A DNA stretch of 41,256 bases, from the NCBI GenBank assembly GCA_964635665.1, contig CAZWNR010000001.1:1-41256 (forward strand). Reading direction: 5' to 3'. A model generated the notes under the pieces. The model had not been told where the DNA came from and did no database searches. It worked only from the letters and a program-made list of their open reading frames with translations. Numbering within the stretch: position 1 is the first letter of the stretch; every line of letters begins with the position of its first letter. Source of the stretch: an uncultured bacterium. GTDB lineage: Bacteria > Cyanobacteriota > Cyanobacteriia > Phormidesmidales > Phormidesmidaceae. Positions 20,833 to 32,303 of this stretch are shown in pieces. Both the position numbers and the translations under genes were made by a program.

Positions 20833-22116
20833 GTGCAATCCCTATCGCCTTGCTCCGATCCACTGTTACCGCTGTCCTACCATTCTCTACAGGTGGGGCA
20901 GTGGGTAAAGCTAATTTGTGGGGCAAGCTACCAGGATTTGGCTAGTATTCGTCGTCTAGTCATGGTGTATGCCCTAGCCGGGGTGGATTGTGTGGATGTT
21001 GCAGCCGACACGGCTGTTGTGGGTGTGGCGCGTCAAGGGCTGGCCGATGCAGTCGCCGTAGCAAGATGTTTGGATGCGGCATTCAATCATCCATCCTCCG
21101 GAGATGAGCCAGCTACTGCCCCTCCCCAACATTTCCTGGGTCATGATACGCCATGGCTTATGGTTAGCCTGAACGACAGCGAAGATCCCCATTTTCGTAA
21201 GGCATTCTTTGATGCAGCCCACTGTCCAGCCGATTGCCAACGTCCCTGTGAAGCCATCTGCCCTACCGATGCTATCCGCTTCGAGCCCCAGGGTTGGAAC
21301 GGGGTTATCCCAGACCTGTGCTACGGCTGCGGGCGATGTCTAACCGTTTGCCCGGTACAGAATATTGCGGCTTATTCCTATCAAGCCCACCCCGAAAACT
21401 TTTCGGATGAGGCCCTAGGGGCGATTGACGCCCTGGAAATTCATACCCAGGCAGGACGACAGGATGCGTTTTCAGCGTTGTGGCAGCGCCTGAAGCCCTG
21501 GCGCAAACAATTGAAGCTGGTGTCCATTAGTTGTCCTGACGATCCGAATATCACGGCTTATCTGCAAGATCTCTACCGAATGATGGCTCCGCTGGAGATT
21601 CCCCTGATTTGGCAAACCGATGGGCGGCCAATGAGTGGTGATTTGGGGAAGGGAACAACCCACGCGACTATCCGCCTAGCCCAAAAAGTGATGGCGGCTA
21701 AGCTACCTGGCTATGTGCAACTTGCTGGAGGTACCAATCACTACACGGCGTCTAAGCTGCGGGAACTGGGCCTAGTGCCAAGGAGCCAAGATACACCCAC
21801 GTGTCCCAACGGCATCAACCCACCTCCAGAGGCTCCTAGCCCCCAGACTGTTGCTGGAATTGCCTACGGGAGCTACGCCCGTACTTTAATCATGCCTCTG
21901 TTGGATCAACTCGAACCTGCTGTGACACAAATGCTAGCGACCATAGATCCAAATGCCCCCGACAATTCTCCTGCTAGCCAAGCATCATCTGACAAAACCC
22001 CTTCGCTCTGGCAACCCTCAAAGGTAGAAACTAACGTTATCATTGATAGTACACTTGCCCTAAAAAAAGCCATCATTCTGGCAAGGCAGCTCGTCGGATC
22101 TTTAAAGAATGCGTGA
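20833..22116 (+). CDS. ldpA: Circadian input Fe-S protein LdpA
   Basis: WVKLICGASYQD, two 4Fe-4S motifs (CPADCQRPCEAICP; CYGCGRCLTVCP), WQTDGRPMSGD, QLAGGTN. Confidence 0.92.
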   Translation: MQSLSPCSDPLLPLSYHSLQVGQWVKLICGASYQDLASIRRLVMVYALAGVDCVDVAADTAVVGVARQGLADAVAVARCLDAAFNHPSSGDEPATAPPQHFLGHDTPWLMVSLNDSEDPHFRKAFFDAAHCPADCQRPCEAICPTDAIRFEPQGWNGVIPDLCYGCGRCLTVCPVQNIAAYSYQAHPENFSDEALGAIDALEIHTQAGRQDAFSALWQRLKPWRKQLKLVSISCPDDPNITAYLQDLYRMMAPLEIPLIWQTDGRPMSGDLGKGTTHATIRLAQKVMAAKLPGYVQLAGGTNHYTASKLRELGLVPRSQDTPTCPNGINPPPEAPSPQTVAGIAYGSYARTLIMPLLDQLEPAVTQMLATIDPNAPDNSPASQASSDKTPSLWQPSKVETNVIIDSTLALKKAIILARQLVGSLKNA

Positions 22117-22212
22117 CTGCACCTAGGCTCTACTGATGTCAGTGAGTCCTGGGGGATCAAGCAGAACAGGGCTAATTACTCTAAAATTGTGGGCATTCGT
22201 CTCCAGTACCCT

Positions 22213-24090
22213 ATGGTTAGTGATAACAGCGCCCAGCCTTTGGTCAACAACAGTCAGGAGGTCAAATCCTCGTCTGTGGGATCACCCAGTCCGTTTTCCC
22301 AGCCTTCGGCGGCATCTTCATCCAAGGTGCCCAGTGCGTCGAAAACCAATGCTACGACTGATGATCTGGACCAACTCCTGAACATTCTGCCCTCGCCCAT
22401 TCGAGACAGGGTAACCGGCCATCCTCAAGTATCTAACTTGGTAGAGGTGGTTCTAGACCTAGGACGATTGCCAGAAGCCCGATTTTTTGCAAGTGTTGAG
22501 TATCTTTCGGCTCATCCCGTCACCCATGCGGACTTGGAATACTGCATTGAGCGGGTGGGAACCTTTGGTGGCGACAACCGGGCCGGGATTGAAAAAACAC
22601 TGCATCGTATTAGCGCGATCCGTAATCGATCCGGTGTGATTATTGGGCTGACCTGTCGAGTAGGTCGGGCCGTCTTTGGCACCATTGGGATGATCCGGGA
22701 TTTAGTCGAAACCGGGAAGTCCATCTTGATGCTGGGTCGGCCCGGTGTTGGTAAAACAACCGCCCTACGAGAAATTGCCCGAGTACTCGCCGATGACTTA
22801 CACAAACGGGTCGTGATTATCGATACGTCCAACGAAATCGCTGGAGACGGTGATATTCCCCATCCTGCCATTGGTCGAGCTCGACGGATGCAGGTTGCAC
22901 GCCCCGAAGAACAACATCGAGTCATGATTGAGGCGGTGGAAAACCATATGCCAGAGGTCATCGTTATCGATGAGATCGGTACCGAACTCGAAGCATTAGC
23001 GGCTCGGACCATCGCAGAACGAGGGGTTCAACTGGTTGGCACGGCCCACGGCAACCGCCTAGAAAATCTCATCAAAAATCCTACCCTCTCGGATCTCATT
23101 GGCGGTATCCAATCCGTCACCCTAGGGGATGAGGAAGCTCGGCGGCGGGGCAGCCAAAAAAGTGTTTTGGAGCGCAAAGCACCACCAACCTTTGACATTG
23201 CCATTGAGATGCTAGAACGGCAGCGGTGGGTAGTCCACGACGACGTCACGGCAACCATCGACAACCTTCTACGGGGACGACAGCCGGGCCTGCAAATCCG
23301 CACTGTAGATGAGCAGCAACGAGTCATCGTTACCCACGAATTGTCCGGAACGGGGCGGGAAGTCGCCAAGCCTTCTCGGTCAGGTTTAGGCTGGCGGACG
23401 GCTGGCCAAATGCCCCCTCCTAATGCCCCATCGATAGTTAGCCGCCCTGACCCAGAGCATCAAGCCCAAAACCGCACCCCATACCTGCGGGCCAGTTTAG
23501 GCAGTGATGAGCCCTTACCGAGACCACCATCCGAATTCCTAGATTTGCTGGAAACAGCGGATGATCGAGATGATTTAGGCCCCAATGGCGAGGATCTCCT
23601 GCGTCTCTACCCCTACGGTGTCAGTCGGCACCAGCTTGAGCGTGTCATTCAAACCTTGGGCATGCCGCTGGTCATTACCAAAGATCTTGATAGCGCCGAT
23701 GCCGTGCTAGCTCTCCGCTCCCACAGTAAGACTCAGGCCAAGCTCAAGCACATGGCCCAGGGCCGTCATCTACCGGTTCATCTGGTCAAATCTAATAGCA
23801 TTCCTCAAATTACCCGTGCCCTGCAGCGGCTACTGCGCCTAGACGACAGTCCTGAGGCGATGCACTTGGAGCTCTTTACCCGCAATGGGGGCGATGATGA
23901 GCTAGAGGCCCTAGAGGAAGCTCGGCTCGCCGTAGAGCAAATTGTCATCCCCAAAGGTCAACCCGTAGAGTTGCTACCTCGATCCGCTCATATTCGGAAA
24001 ATGCAACACGAACTAGCCGAGCATTACCGCCTGAAATCCCTTAGCTGTGGAGAGGAACCCAACCGTCGTCTGAGAATTTATCCTGCCTAA
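22213..24090 (+). CDS. ycf45: Ycf45-like SpoIIIAA-type AAA ATPase with C-terminal R3H domain
   Basis: Walker [22 protein letters not shown], Walker B IVIDEIG, GTAHG, C-terminal IRKMQH R3H motif. Start uncertain (22189 or 22213). Confidence 0.85.
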   Translation: MVSDNSAQPLVNNSQEVKSSSVGSPSPFSQPSAASSSKVPSASKTNATTDDLDQLLNILPSPIRDRVTGHPQVSNLVEVVLDLGRLPEARFFASVEYLSAHPVTHADLEYCIERVGTFGGDNRAGIEKTLHRISAIRNRSGVIIGLTCRVGRAVFGTIGMIRDLVETGKSILMLGRPGVGKTTALREIARVLADDLHKRVVIIDTSNEIAGDGDIPHPAIGRARRMQVARPEEQHRVMIEAVENHMPEVIVIDEIGTELEALAARTIAERGVQLVGTAHGNRLENLIKNPTLSDLIGGIQSVTLGDEEARRRGSQKSVLERKAPPTFDIAIEMLERQRWVVHDDVTATIDNLLRGRQPGLQIRTVDEQQRVIVTHELSGTGREVAKPSRSGLGWRTAGQMPPPNAPSIVSRPDPEHQAQNRTPYLRASLGSDEPLPRPPSEFLDLLETADDRDDLGPNGEDLLRLYPYGVSRHQLERVIQTLGMPLVITKDLDSADAVLALRSHSKTQAKLKHMAQGRHLPVHLVKSNSIPQITRALQRLLRLDDSPEAMHLELFTRNGGDDELEALEEARLAVEQIVIPKGQPVELLPRSAHIRKMQHELAEHYRLKSLSCGEEPNRRLRIYPA

Positions 24091-24222
24091 GGGTTGGTTA
24101 TACCGAATCTCGTCTCAAAGGCGTTGACGCAAAGATAGTCCATGGGGGGTGTCCACGGGGGTAGCCAGTTCTTCAGAAGATCCTAGATGGCGTGCCCCCA
24201 CTCAATCCCCTCTAGAGTTCTG

Positions 24223-24275
24223 TGGGCTGACGTCACCCCCTTGGGAGCCCGTGATGGTTGAGTGACGTCAGCCCA
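24223..24275. repeat. Perfect 14-bp inverted repeat with 25-bp spacer
   Basis: TGGGCTGACGTCAC (24223-24236) and GTGACGTCAGCCCA (24262-24275). Confidence 0.85.
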
Positions 24276-24428
24276 TCTCAAACCATCCTAGGGAATCGCA
24301 TAACGGATTTCGAATTTAGCGGAGCAGGGCGCTTAGAACACCGCTCAATATAAAATAGGGACACCTGAATGACAATTAATCTGTCCTGATCGCTGGTCGT
24401 TCGGCCTGGAAACACTTCAAAGAAGCCT

Positions 24429-24830
24429 ATGAAAACCTTACTTTCTCGCCTGTTCGCGCTGATGCTCGTTGCGGTCATTGGCCTCACTGGTTGCAGCGCC
24501 GGCACTAGCGGCCTGCTTACCGGAAATTATCGCCAAGATACCCTCATGTTGGTGGATAGTCTCCGAACCGCCATCACTCTCCCCGACGACGATCCCGCCA
24601 AGGCCGAGGCCCAGGCAGTAGCCAAAGTAGTCATTAGTGATTTTGCTTCTCGCTATCGTCGGGACGCTTCGGTGGCGAATTTAAGCTCCTTCACCACCAT
24701 GCGCACGGCTTTAAATGCTATCGCAGGTCACTACAGTTCCTATCCAAATCGGCCCTTACCCGACAAACTCAGGACCCGCGTTGAGCAAGAGCTCAAGCAA
24801 GTTGAAGCTGCACTGAAGCGAGAAGCTTAA
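24429..24830 (+). CDS. psb27: Photosystem II assembly lipoprotein Psb27
   Basis: Signal peptide with lipobox LTGC; LTGNYRQDT, SSFTTMRTALNAIAGHYSSYPNRPLP. Confidence 0.95.
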   Translation: MKTLLSRLFALMLVAVIGLTGCSAGTSGLLTGNYRQDTLMLVDSLRTAITLPDDDPAKAEAQAVAKVVISDFASRYRRDASVANLSSFTTMRTALNAIAGHYSSYPNRPLPDKLRTRVEQELKQVEAALKREA

Positions 24831-24867
24831 ATAGAGCAATACCGCACCAAGGTCTAAAGCAGGCCCC

Positions 24868-24892
24868 AGAACCCGCAAATCGCGGGTTTTTT
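24868..24892 (+). terminator. Rho-independent terminator after psb27
   Basis: AACCCGC-aaatc-GCGGGTT followed by a T run. Confidence 0.8.
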
Positions 24893-24980
24893 AATCTCGA
24901 CTTATTGTTTCTTCATGCATCCTTCCACGGCTAGCCTCCTTAATCCGTCACCGTTGACCCCCCAGCCTATAAATCTACAT

Positions 24981-25010
24981 TTGACGATTCGGACAATGCT
25001 TTGCTAGGAT
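24981..25010 (+). promoter_or_regulatory. Probable promoter for the rpmJ-rpsM...prfA block
   Basis: TTGACG (24981-24986), 18 bp, TAGGAT (25005-25010) with an extended -10 TG; 30 bp upstream of rpmJ. Confidence 0.6.
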
Positions 25011-25040
25011 AGCAATTCTGTAGTGAAGTGCGAGTTGGGC

Positions 25041-25154
25041 ATGAAAGTCCGTGCATCTGTTCGCAAAATGTGCGACAAGTGTCGAGTCATTCGTCGTCGA
25101 GGGCGAGTGATGGTGATTTGTTCTAATCCTAAGCACAAGCAACGCCAAGGTTAG
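25041..25154 (+). CDS. rpmJ: 50S ribosomal protein L36 (Zn-ribbon type; absent from ORF track)
   Basis: Manual translation [37 protein letters not shown]. Confidence 0.98.
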   Translation: MKVRASVRKMCDKCRVIRRRGRVMVICSNPKHKQRQG

Positions 25155-25334
25155 CTGGCTTGGGTCTGGTAAGCGAATAGCCTTGCCAGAAATAGACATT
25201 GGATAGGTATCGGAAAACTCTGTCGTTTTCTTGGATTAGTGCCTCTGGCGCTAGGCGGCTCTGTGAGACAGCCCTTTTGGGCGAGCAGCACTATAGCTGT
25301 GAAATCAAACTCAACGTTTGGGGAGATAGTTTAG

Positions 25335-25718
25335 GTGGCACGGATAGCAGGCGTGGACTTGCCACGCGACAAACGAATTGAAATTGGGCTGACCTATATC
25401 TATGGTATTGGCCTGACCCGTTCTAAGGAAATTCTTGCAAAAACCGGTGTGAGCCCTGACGTTAGAGTCAAGGATTTGACCGACGTAGATGTTGCAAAGT
25501 TGCGGGATACCGTCGAGAGCGACTATCAGGTCGAGGGGGATTTGCGTCGTCTCGAAGGAATGAACATCAAGCGATTGATGGATATCGGTTCCTACCGAGG
25601 ACGACGTCACAGAGCTGGGCTACCCGTCAGAGGTCAACGCACCCGTACCAACTCTCGCACCCGTCGAGGCGGCACGCGTCGCACGGTAGCCGGTAAAAAG
25701 AAAGCACCCAAGAAGTAA
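25335..25718 (+). CDS. rpsM: 30S ribosomal protein S13 (GTG start)
   Basis: [29 protein letters not shown]. Confidence 0.98.
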   Translation: MARIAGVDLPRDKRIEIGLTYIYGIGLTRSKEILAKTGVSPDVRVKDLTDVDVAKLRDTVESDYQVEGDLRRLEGMNIKRLMDIGSYRGRRHRAGLPVRGQRTRTNSRTRRGGTRRTVAGKKKAPKK

Positions 25719-25765
25719 AGCTTAGCTTTAGCTTTGGGATTCTTCCTGGGGCACCTGTGATAGGT

Positions 25766-25796
25766 AAAGCTCGCTGACATCAGTAGCGAGTTTTTT
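25766..25796 (+). terminator. Terminator-like hairpin between rpsM and rpsK
   Basis: AAAGCTCGCT-gacatcagt-AGCGAG followed by TTTTTT. Confidence 0.55.
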
Positions 25797-25843
25797 GACT
25801 GTCTATTGATTGTCGATGTTTATTTTGATTTAGTGACAGCACC

Positions 25844-26236
25844 ATGGCCAAACCAACCCGAAAGACTGGTCCGCGCAAAAGTAAGAAAAACATTCCTAGC
25901 GGCGTTGCCCATATCCGTTCCACCTTCAACAACACCATTGTGACTATCACCGATCAGTCTGGAGAGGCCATTTCTTGGGCTTCGGCCGGGTCGAGCGGAT
26001 TCAAAGGAGCTAAGAAGGGCACTCCCTTTGCAGCCCAAACCGCTGCTGATAGCGCAGCGCGTCGCGCCATGGATCAGGGGATGCGGCAAATTGAGGTCAT
26101 GGTCAGCGGGCCTGGTGCAGGTCGTGAAACAGCGATTCGGGCTCTTCAAGGAGCTGGTCTTGAAATTACCTTGATTCGTGACGTCACGCCCATTCCCCAC
26201 AACGGCTGCCGCCCCCCCAAACGGCGTCGGGTCTAG
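25844..26236 (+). CDS. rpsK: 30S ribosomal protein S11
   Basis: [39 protein letters not shown]. Confidence 0.98.
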   Translation: MAKPTRKTGPRKSKKNIPSGVAHIRSTFNNTIVTITDQSGEAISWASAGSSGFKGAKKGTPFAAQTAADSAARRAMDQGMRQIEVMVSGPGAGRETAIRALQGAGLEITLIRDVTPIPHNGCRPPKRRRV

Positions 26237-26296
26237 GACAGTGGAATTACTTATCTGTCCAGCTAGGATCTATCGAGGATAAAGGGAGGCGGCACC

Positions 26297-27247
26297 GTGG
26301 CACAGTTTCATGTAGATTGCATCGAGTCAATAGTGGAGGCGGATCAAGGGCAGTATGGGCGTTTTGTCATTGAGCCCTTAGAACGCAGCCAGGGTATTAC
26401 TGTAGGCAATGCTCTCAGGCGGGTTCTTCTCTCCAATTTGGAGGGAGTGGCTATCACCGCCGTACGCATTGCTGGGGCTACCCACGAGTTTTCCACCATT
26501 ACTGGCGTACGAGAAGATGTGCTTGATATTCTCCTCAATATGAAGGAGATCATTCTCAGGAGTCATTCTAGTCAGTCTCAGATTGGACGGCTGCTTGTAC
26601 AGGGACCAGCCAGGGTGACTGCGGGGCAATTTGACTTACCTTCCGAGGTTGAAGTTGTCAATCCTCACCAATACATCGCCACCGTTGCCGAAGGCCACAC
26701 GTTGGAGATGGAATTTCGGATTGAGCGTGGGCAGGGCTATCGAGCAGTAGACCGCAGTAAGGACGACGCTACAGCTCTCGATTTTATCCAGATTGACTCC
26801 GTATTCATGCCTGTGCGGAAGGTGAACTACACCGTGGACGAGGTGGTGGTTTCCGGTTCGATGCAACGAGACCAACTCACCATGGATATCTGGACGAATG
26901 GCAGCATCACCCCCCAGCAGGCTATCAGTCAGGCTGCCGATATTCTGGTCAATCTCTTCCTGCCGTTGAAGGATGTTACCCTTGAACCCAAGTTTGACGA
27001 CGATGAGAAGGTAGCAGACGATCCCAACAATCAAATTCCCATCGAAGAGTTGCGGTTGTCTGTACGAGCCTATAACTGTCTCAAGCGCGCTCAAATCAAC
27101 TCCGTTGCCGATCTACTGGACTTTAGCCAGGAAGATTTGCTAGAGATCAAAAACTTTGGTCAAAAGTCTGCAGAAGAAGTGATCGAGGCTCTCCAAGAGC
27201 GGCTTGGCATCACCTTGCCCTTAGAAAAAGCGTCCAAGACCCCCTAG
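26297..27247 (+). CDS. rpoA: RNA polymerase subunit alpha (GTG start)
   Basis: EPLERSQGITVGNALRRVLLS, HEFSTITGVRED, LSVRAYNCLKRA, IKNFGQKS. Confidence 0.98.
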   Translation: MAQFHVDCIESIVEADQGQYGRFVIEPLERSQGITVGNALRRVLLSNLEGVAITAVRIAGATHEFSTITGVREDVLDILLNMKEIILRSHSSQSQIGRLLVQGPARVTAGQFDLPSEVEVVNPHQYIATVAEGHTLEMEFRIERGQGYRAVDRSKDDATALDFIQIDSVFMPVRKVNYTVDEVVVSGSMQRDQLTMDIWTNGSITPQQAISQAADILVNLFLPLKDVTLEPKFDDDEKVADDPNNQIPIEELRLSVRAYNCLKRAQINSVADLLDFSQEDLLEIKNFGQKSAEEVIEALQERLGITLPLEKASKTP

Positions 27248-27331
27248 AGACATCGCCGTATCGTTGTCATCATCGGTGCGGCAGTGCCTTCTCATAGTTG
27301 TTTTTCCTATTGTTCACCCGAGTTAAGAGCC

Positions 27332-27682
27332 ATGCGTCACCGTTGTCGCGTTCATCAATTAGGCAAGCCTGCCGACCAGCGCAAAGCCCTCCTGAGGGCA
27401 CTAACCACCGAGGTAATCCGTCACGGGCGAATTACCACGACCAAGGCCCGAGCCCAGGCCGTGCGCGAAGAGGTTGATCGCATGATCACCTTGGCAAAGG
27501 ATGGATCCCTTTCTGCTCGTCGTCTAGCCCTAGGCTACATATACGACAAGCAGCTTGTTCATGCCCTCTTCAGCGAAGCTCCTGAGCGTTATGCAGAACG
27601 CCAAGGGGGCTATACCCGTATCCTGAAAACGGTGCGGCGTCGGGGAGACAACTCCGAAATGGCGATTATTGAGCTGACCTAA
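27332..27682 (+). CDS. rplQ: 50S ribosomal protein L17
   Basis: [22 protein letters not shown]...GGYTRI...[13 protein letters not shown]; start at ATG 27332. Confidence 0.97.
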   Translation: MRHRCRVHQLGKPADQRKALLRALTTEVIRHGRITTTKARAQAVREEVDRMITLAKDGSLSARRLALGYIYDKQLVHALFSEAPERYAERQGGYTRILKTVRRRGDNSEMAIIELT

Positions 27683-27714
27683 AGTCCCTATAGCGACTGT
27701 TCCCCTTGTTAGTC

Positions 27715-28584
27715 ATGGCAAAAGTGTCTCCTATTCAGCGCAGCCTTGCCTCCAATCCTCCTGAGTTTGGGAAGCCAACTCAGCGGGTTGCTTTGGTTGT
27801 GCAGTACGTGGGAACTAACCTCCATGGCTGGCAGTGGCAACCCAACGCCAGAACGGTGCAGGGGGAGTTGGAACAATGTTTGGCCTCAGTGGTAGGTCAT
27901 TCGATCCGGGTCAGTGGTGCCGGGCGGACAGATACGGGAGTACATGCGGCGGCTCAGGTTGCTCATTTCGATGCTCCAGCCTTCATCCCGGCCCATCGCT
28001 GGGCCGAGGTTTTGAATGGTCGTTTGCCCCAGGATATTCTCATTCGTGCCTCGGCACAGGTCGAGGAGTCTTGGCACGCCCAGTTCTCAGCTCAGTGGCG
28101 GCGGTATCGCTATACCCTGTATACGGGTGCTTGCCCCAACTTGTTTGTGCGTCCCCTTGTGTGGCACTACCACCATCAAGATCTCGATCAAGCTAAGATG
28201 CAAGCTGCCCTAGATACCTTGGTGGGCCATCACGACATGGCCGCTTTTCATCGAGCCCGTTCTGGCAAATCTCACTCCTGGGTCGATCTCCAGGAAGCCC
28301 TGTGCCAACGCCGGGGAGACTTCGTGATGGTCGAACTCCAAGCCAAGGGGTTTCTGTATGGGATGGTTCGACTGATCATGGGCTTACTGGTCAAGGTCGG
28401 GCAGGGTGAGCTATCGCCAGCGATGTTTCATCAGCTTTGGCGAGAACGGCGGCGAGATCAGGTGAAATACTCAGCCCCGGCCCAAGGGTTGTGTTTGCTG
28501 AGGGTGGGCTACCAGCCTTCTCCCTTTCCCCACGATGTGTGGTTCGACGCTCAACCTCAGTTTCATTTGGGGGCAGTCGCCTAG
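27715..28584 (+). CDS. truA: tRNA pseudouridine(38-40) synthase TruA
   Basis: HGWQWQP, GAGRTDTGVHA, GFLYGMVR, SAPAQGLCL. Confidence 0.95.
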   Translation: MAKVSPIQRSLASNPPEFGKPTQRVALVVQYVGTNLHGWQWQPNARTVQGELEQCLASVVGHSIRVSGAGRTDTGVHAAAQVAHFDAPAFIPAHRWAEVLNGRLPQDILIRASAQVEESWHAQFSAQWRRYRYTLYTGACPNLFVRPLVWHYHHQDLDQAKMQAALDTLVGHHDMAAFHRARSGKSHSWVDLQEALCQRRGDFVMVELQAKGFLYGMVRLIMGLLVKVGQGELSPAMFHQLWRERRRDQVKYSAPAQGLCLLRVGYQPSPFPHDVWFDAQPQFHLGAVA

Positions 28585-28648
28585 TCAGGCTCATGGAGCG
28601 TCGGTGCGAAGTTTCTCAAGTAACGCCTAAACAACGGATAACAGTGCA

Positions 28649-29107
28649 ATGACAACGAAAACCTATATTCCTCCCCAAGCGTCCATTGATCGTCAGTGGT
28701 ACGTCGTTGATGCTGAAGGCCAGCGCCTAGGTCGTTTGGCCACGGAAATCGCCTCCATTCTGCGGGGCAAAAATAAGCCTACCTTCACCCCTAATATGGA
28801 TACGGGGGACTTTGTGATTGTGGTTAACGCAGACAAAGTCGTGGTCACAGGCCGGAAGGCAACTACCAAGCTGTATCGGCGTCACTCTGGGCGTCCAGGT
28901 GGGATGAAAACTGAGACCTTTGATAAACTTCAGGCGCGTATTCCCAGCCGAATTATTGAGCAAGCGGTGAAGGGAATGCTACCTAAAACCACCCTGGGAC
29001 GTCAGCAGTTTACCAAGCTCAAAGTATACGCTGGGCCGGAGCATCCCCATCAAGCTCAGTCGCCCCAGACCCTTGTTATCAATACTATTCCTGGAGAAGT
29101 GAACTAA
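28649..29107 (+). CDS. rplM: 50S ribosomal protein L13
   Basis: [40 protein letters not shown]. Confidence 0.98.
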   Translation: MTTKTYIPPQASIDRQWYVVDAEGQRLGRLATEIASILRGKNKPTFTPNMDTGDFVIVVNADKVVVTGRKATTKLYRRHSGRPGGMKTETFDKLQARIPSRIIEQAVKGMLPKTTLGRQQFTKLKVYAGPEHPHQAQSPQTLVINTIPGEVN

Positions 29108-29520
29108 TGCAGGCCACCGATCAATCTGAACGCGCAGTTTACTGGGGCACCGGTCGCCGGAAGTCCGCGATTGCCCGAGTTCGCCTAGTACCGGGCAGCG
29201 GGCAACTGACCATCAATAAGCGCCCTGGCGACGAATATCTCCAATTCAACCCGTCCTATTTAATGTCTACCAAGGCTCCCCTAGAGGTGCTAGGTCTAGA
29301 AAACGACTACGACATTTTGGTCAATGTTAAGGGTGGCGGTTTAACAGGTCAGGCCGATGCGATTCGTCTTGGCGTAGCTCGGGCTCTCTGTGAACTGGCT
29401 CCTGAGAATCGTAAACCCCTTAAAGTCGAGGGCTATCTGACCCGTGATCCGCGTTCTAAGGAGCGGAAGAAGTATGGTCTGAAGAAAGCCCGTAAGGCTC
29501 CTCAGTTCTCCAAGCGTTAA
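29107..29520 (+). CDS. rpsI: 30S ribosomal protein S9
   Basis: [39 protein letters not shown]. Confidence 0.98.
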   Translation: MQATDQSERAVYWGTGRRKSAIARVRLVPGSGQLTINKRPGDEYLQFNPSYLMSTKAPLEVLGLENDYDILVNVKGGGLTGQADAIRLGVARALCELAPENRKPLKVEGYLTRDPRSKERKKYGLKKARKAPQFSKR

Positions 29521-29583
29521 TCTCCGGGGATTGCCGCTTAGAAAGTTCTCCATTCATTGTTTCTATCGTTTTTGGCACGAGCA

Positions 29584-29820
29584 ATGGCTAAGTCTGACAT
29601 CCATCCCACCTGGTATCCAGAGGCAAAGGTCTTCTGTGATGGCCAAGAAATTATGACCGTTGGTTCTACTAAACCTGAACTCCATGTTGACGTCTGGTCA
29701 GGGAATCATCCCTTCTACACCGGAACCCAGAAGATCATTGACACTGAAGGTCGCGTAGAACGCTTCCTGAGGAAGTACGGGATGACCGATTCCGCTACAA
29801 AGAAAGAGGACAAAGCCTAG
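29584..29820 (+). CDS. rpmE: 50S ribosomal protein L31
   Basis: MAKSDIHPTWY...VDVWSGNHPFYTG...GRVERF; start at ATG 29584. Confidence 0.96.
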   Translation: MAKSDIHPTWYPEAKVFCDGQEIMTVGSTKPELHVDVWSGNHPFYTGTQKIIDTEGRVERFLRKYGMTDSATKKEDKA

Positions 29821-29876
29821 CTTTCCAAGGGTTATCGACACTGTTATCGATGATTTAAGGAATAACCAGTGGTTAG

Positions 29877-31010
<1,134 letters not shown>

Positions 31011-31031
31011 GTTGGTACTAGAGGTTATCCC

Positions 31032-32303
31032 ATGGCTCGGTTTTTACACATCGCCGATATTCACCTGGGATTCGATCGCTACAGCAGCCCTGAGCGTACT
31101 AAAGATTTCTTTCGGGCACTCCAAACTACTCTGGATTGTTACGCTATTCAGGCAGATGTTGACTTTGTCATTATTGCGGGCGATCTCTTCGAGCACCGCA
31201 ATATTAAGCCTGCCACGCTCAACCAAGCGCAACTTTGTCTTCAGGGTCTACAAAAGGCCAATATCCCGGTGTTTGCCATTGAGGGGAACCACGACAATCG
31301 CCCCTACGGCACCGCCACCAGTTGGCTAAAGTATCTTTCGGAATGGGGACTGTTGATGTTGCTGGAGCCCCAGGATCCAAAGCACGGGGAGGATTTTCTG
31401 GTGCCCTGGAACCCCCAAACCCGCACGGGCAGCTATTATGACCTAGACTGCGGCGTGCGGGTCATTGGCTCCCATTGGTATGGTTCTACGGCTCCTAGGG
31501 CCATTGAACAAATGGCAGCGGCGATTCAGGCTTTACCCCCCGGGCCTGCCACAACTGTTTTGATGTTTCACCACGGTCTGGAAGGCCAAATTGCTCGCTA
31601 CGCAGGGGCGTTGCGCTATAGCGATCTCCTACCACTCAGGACGGCTGGGGTGAATTACCTGGCCCTGGGCCATATTCACCGTCAGTACGAGGTTGAGGGC
31701 TGGGTGTTTAATCCAGGTTCCCTAGAGGCCAACAATGTGGAGGAGAGCATCTATCGGCGGGGAGCCTATCTGGTAGACGTTACGGATCAAGGGCTACGAG
31801 CAGAATTGCAAACCGATTATTTCCAGCGCCCTATTCTGCGGCTTGAGGTGACAGCCAAGGGCCACGAGAGTGTAGACGAGTTGTGTGCCCAATGTCATGG
31901 GGTCGTGGAAGGGGCGATACGTGAACTCCCGGTAACAACGGTAAGTCCTATTTTAGAAATGCGAATTACAGGCCAGGTAGGCTTTGATCGCCTTGACCTG
32001 GATACGCGACACCTTCAGGAAGAACTCAGGGCCAGCAGTGGGGCTTTGTTTGTACTGCTGAAGTACGACGCGGCGGCGGTGGCCTACGAAATGCCGATCA
32101 TCGAGGGACAAAACCGCTTAGCCATTGAGCAGGGCATTTTCACCGATATGCTAGCGGCCCATCGAGACTACAAGGGTAGGGCTGATCAATTAGCTCTGGG
32201 CTTAACGGATCTGAAGGATCGGCAACTGGGCGGAGATAATGAAGTTAGTTTGTATCAATTTGTAGGGACGCTCTTAAATGTGGGCTTACCAGAAGGTGAT
32301 TAA
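31032..32303 (+). CDS. Second Mre11/SbcD-family DNA repair exonuclease
   Basis: HIADIHLG, IAGDLF, IEGNHD, MFHH, LALGHIH, FNPGSLE motifs; GAGG upstream; 21 bp after prfA. Confidence 0.88.
   Translation: MARFLHIADIHLGFDRYSSPERTKDFFRALQTTLDCYAIQADVDFVIIAGDLFEHRNIKPATLNQAQLCLQGLQKANIPVFAIEGNHDNRPYGTATSWLKYLSEWGLLMLLEPQDPKHGEDFLVPWNPQTRTGSYYDLDCGVRVIGSHWYGSTAPRAIEQMAAAIQALPPGPATTVLMFHHGLEGQIARYAGALRYSDLLPLRTAGVNYLALGHIHRQYEVEGWVFNPGSLEANNVEESIYRRGAYLVDVTDQGLRAELQTDYFQRPILRLEVTAKGHESVDELCAQCHGVVEGAIRELPVTTVSPILEMRITGQVGFDRLDLDTRHLQEELRASSGALFVLLKYDAAAVAYEMPIIEGQNRLAIEQGIFTDMLAAHRDYKGRADQLALGLTDLKDRQLGGDNEVSLYQFVGTLLNVGLPEGD

Noticed and set aside
10933-27247. Absence of rpsJ, rpsN, rpmD and rpsD from the S10/spc/alpha blocks
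   Set aside because: This is the normal cyanobacterial arrangement, not a loss specific to this genome.
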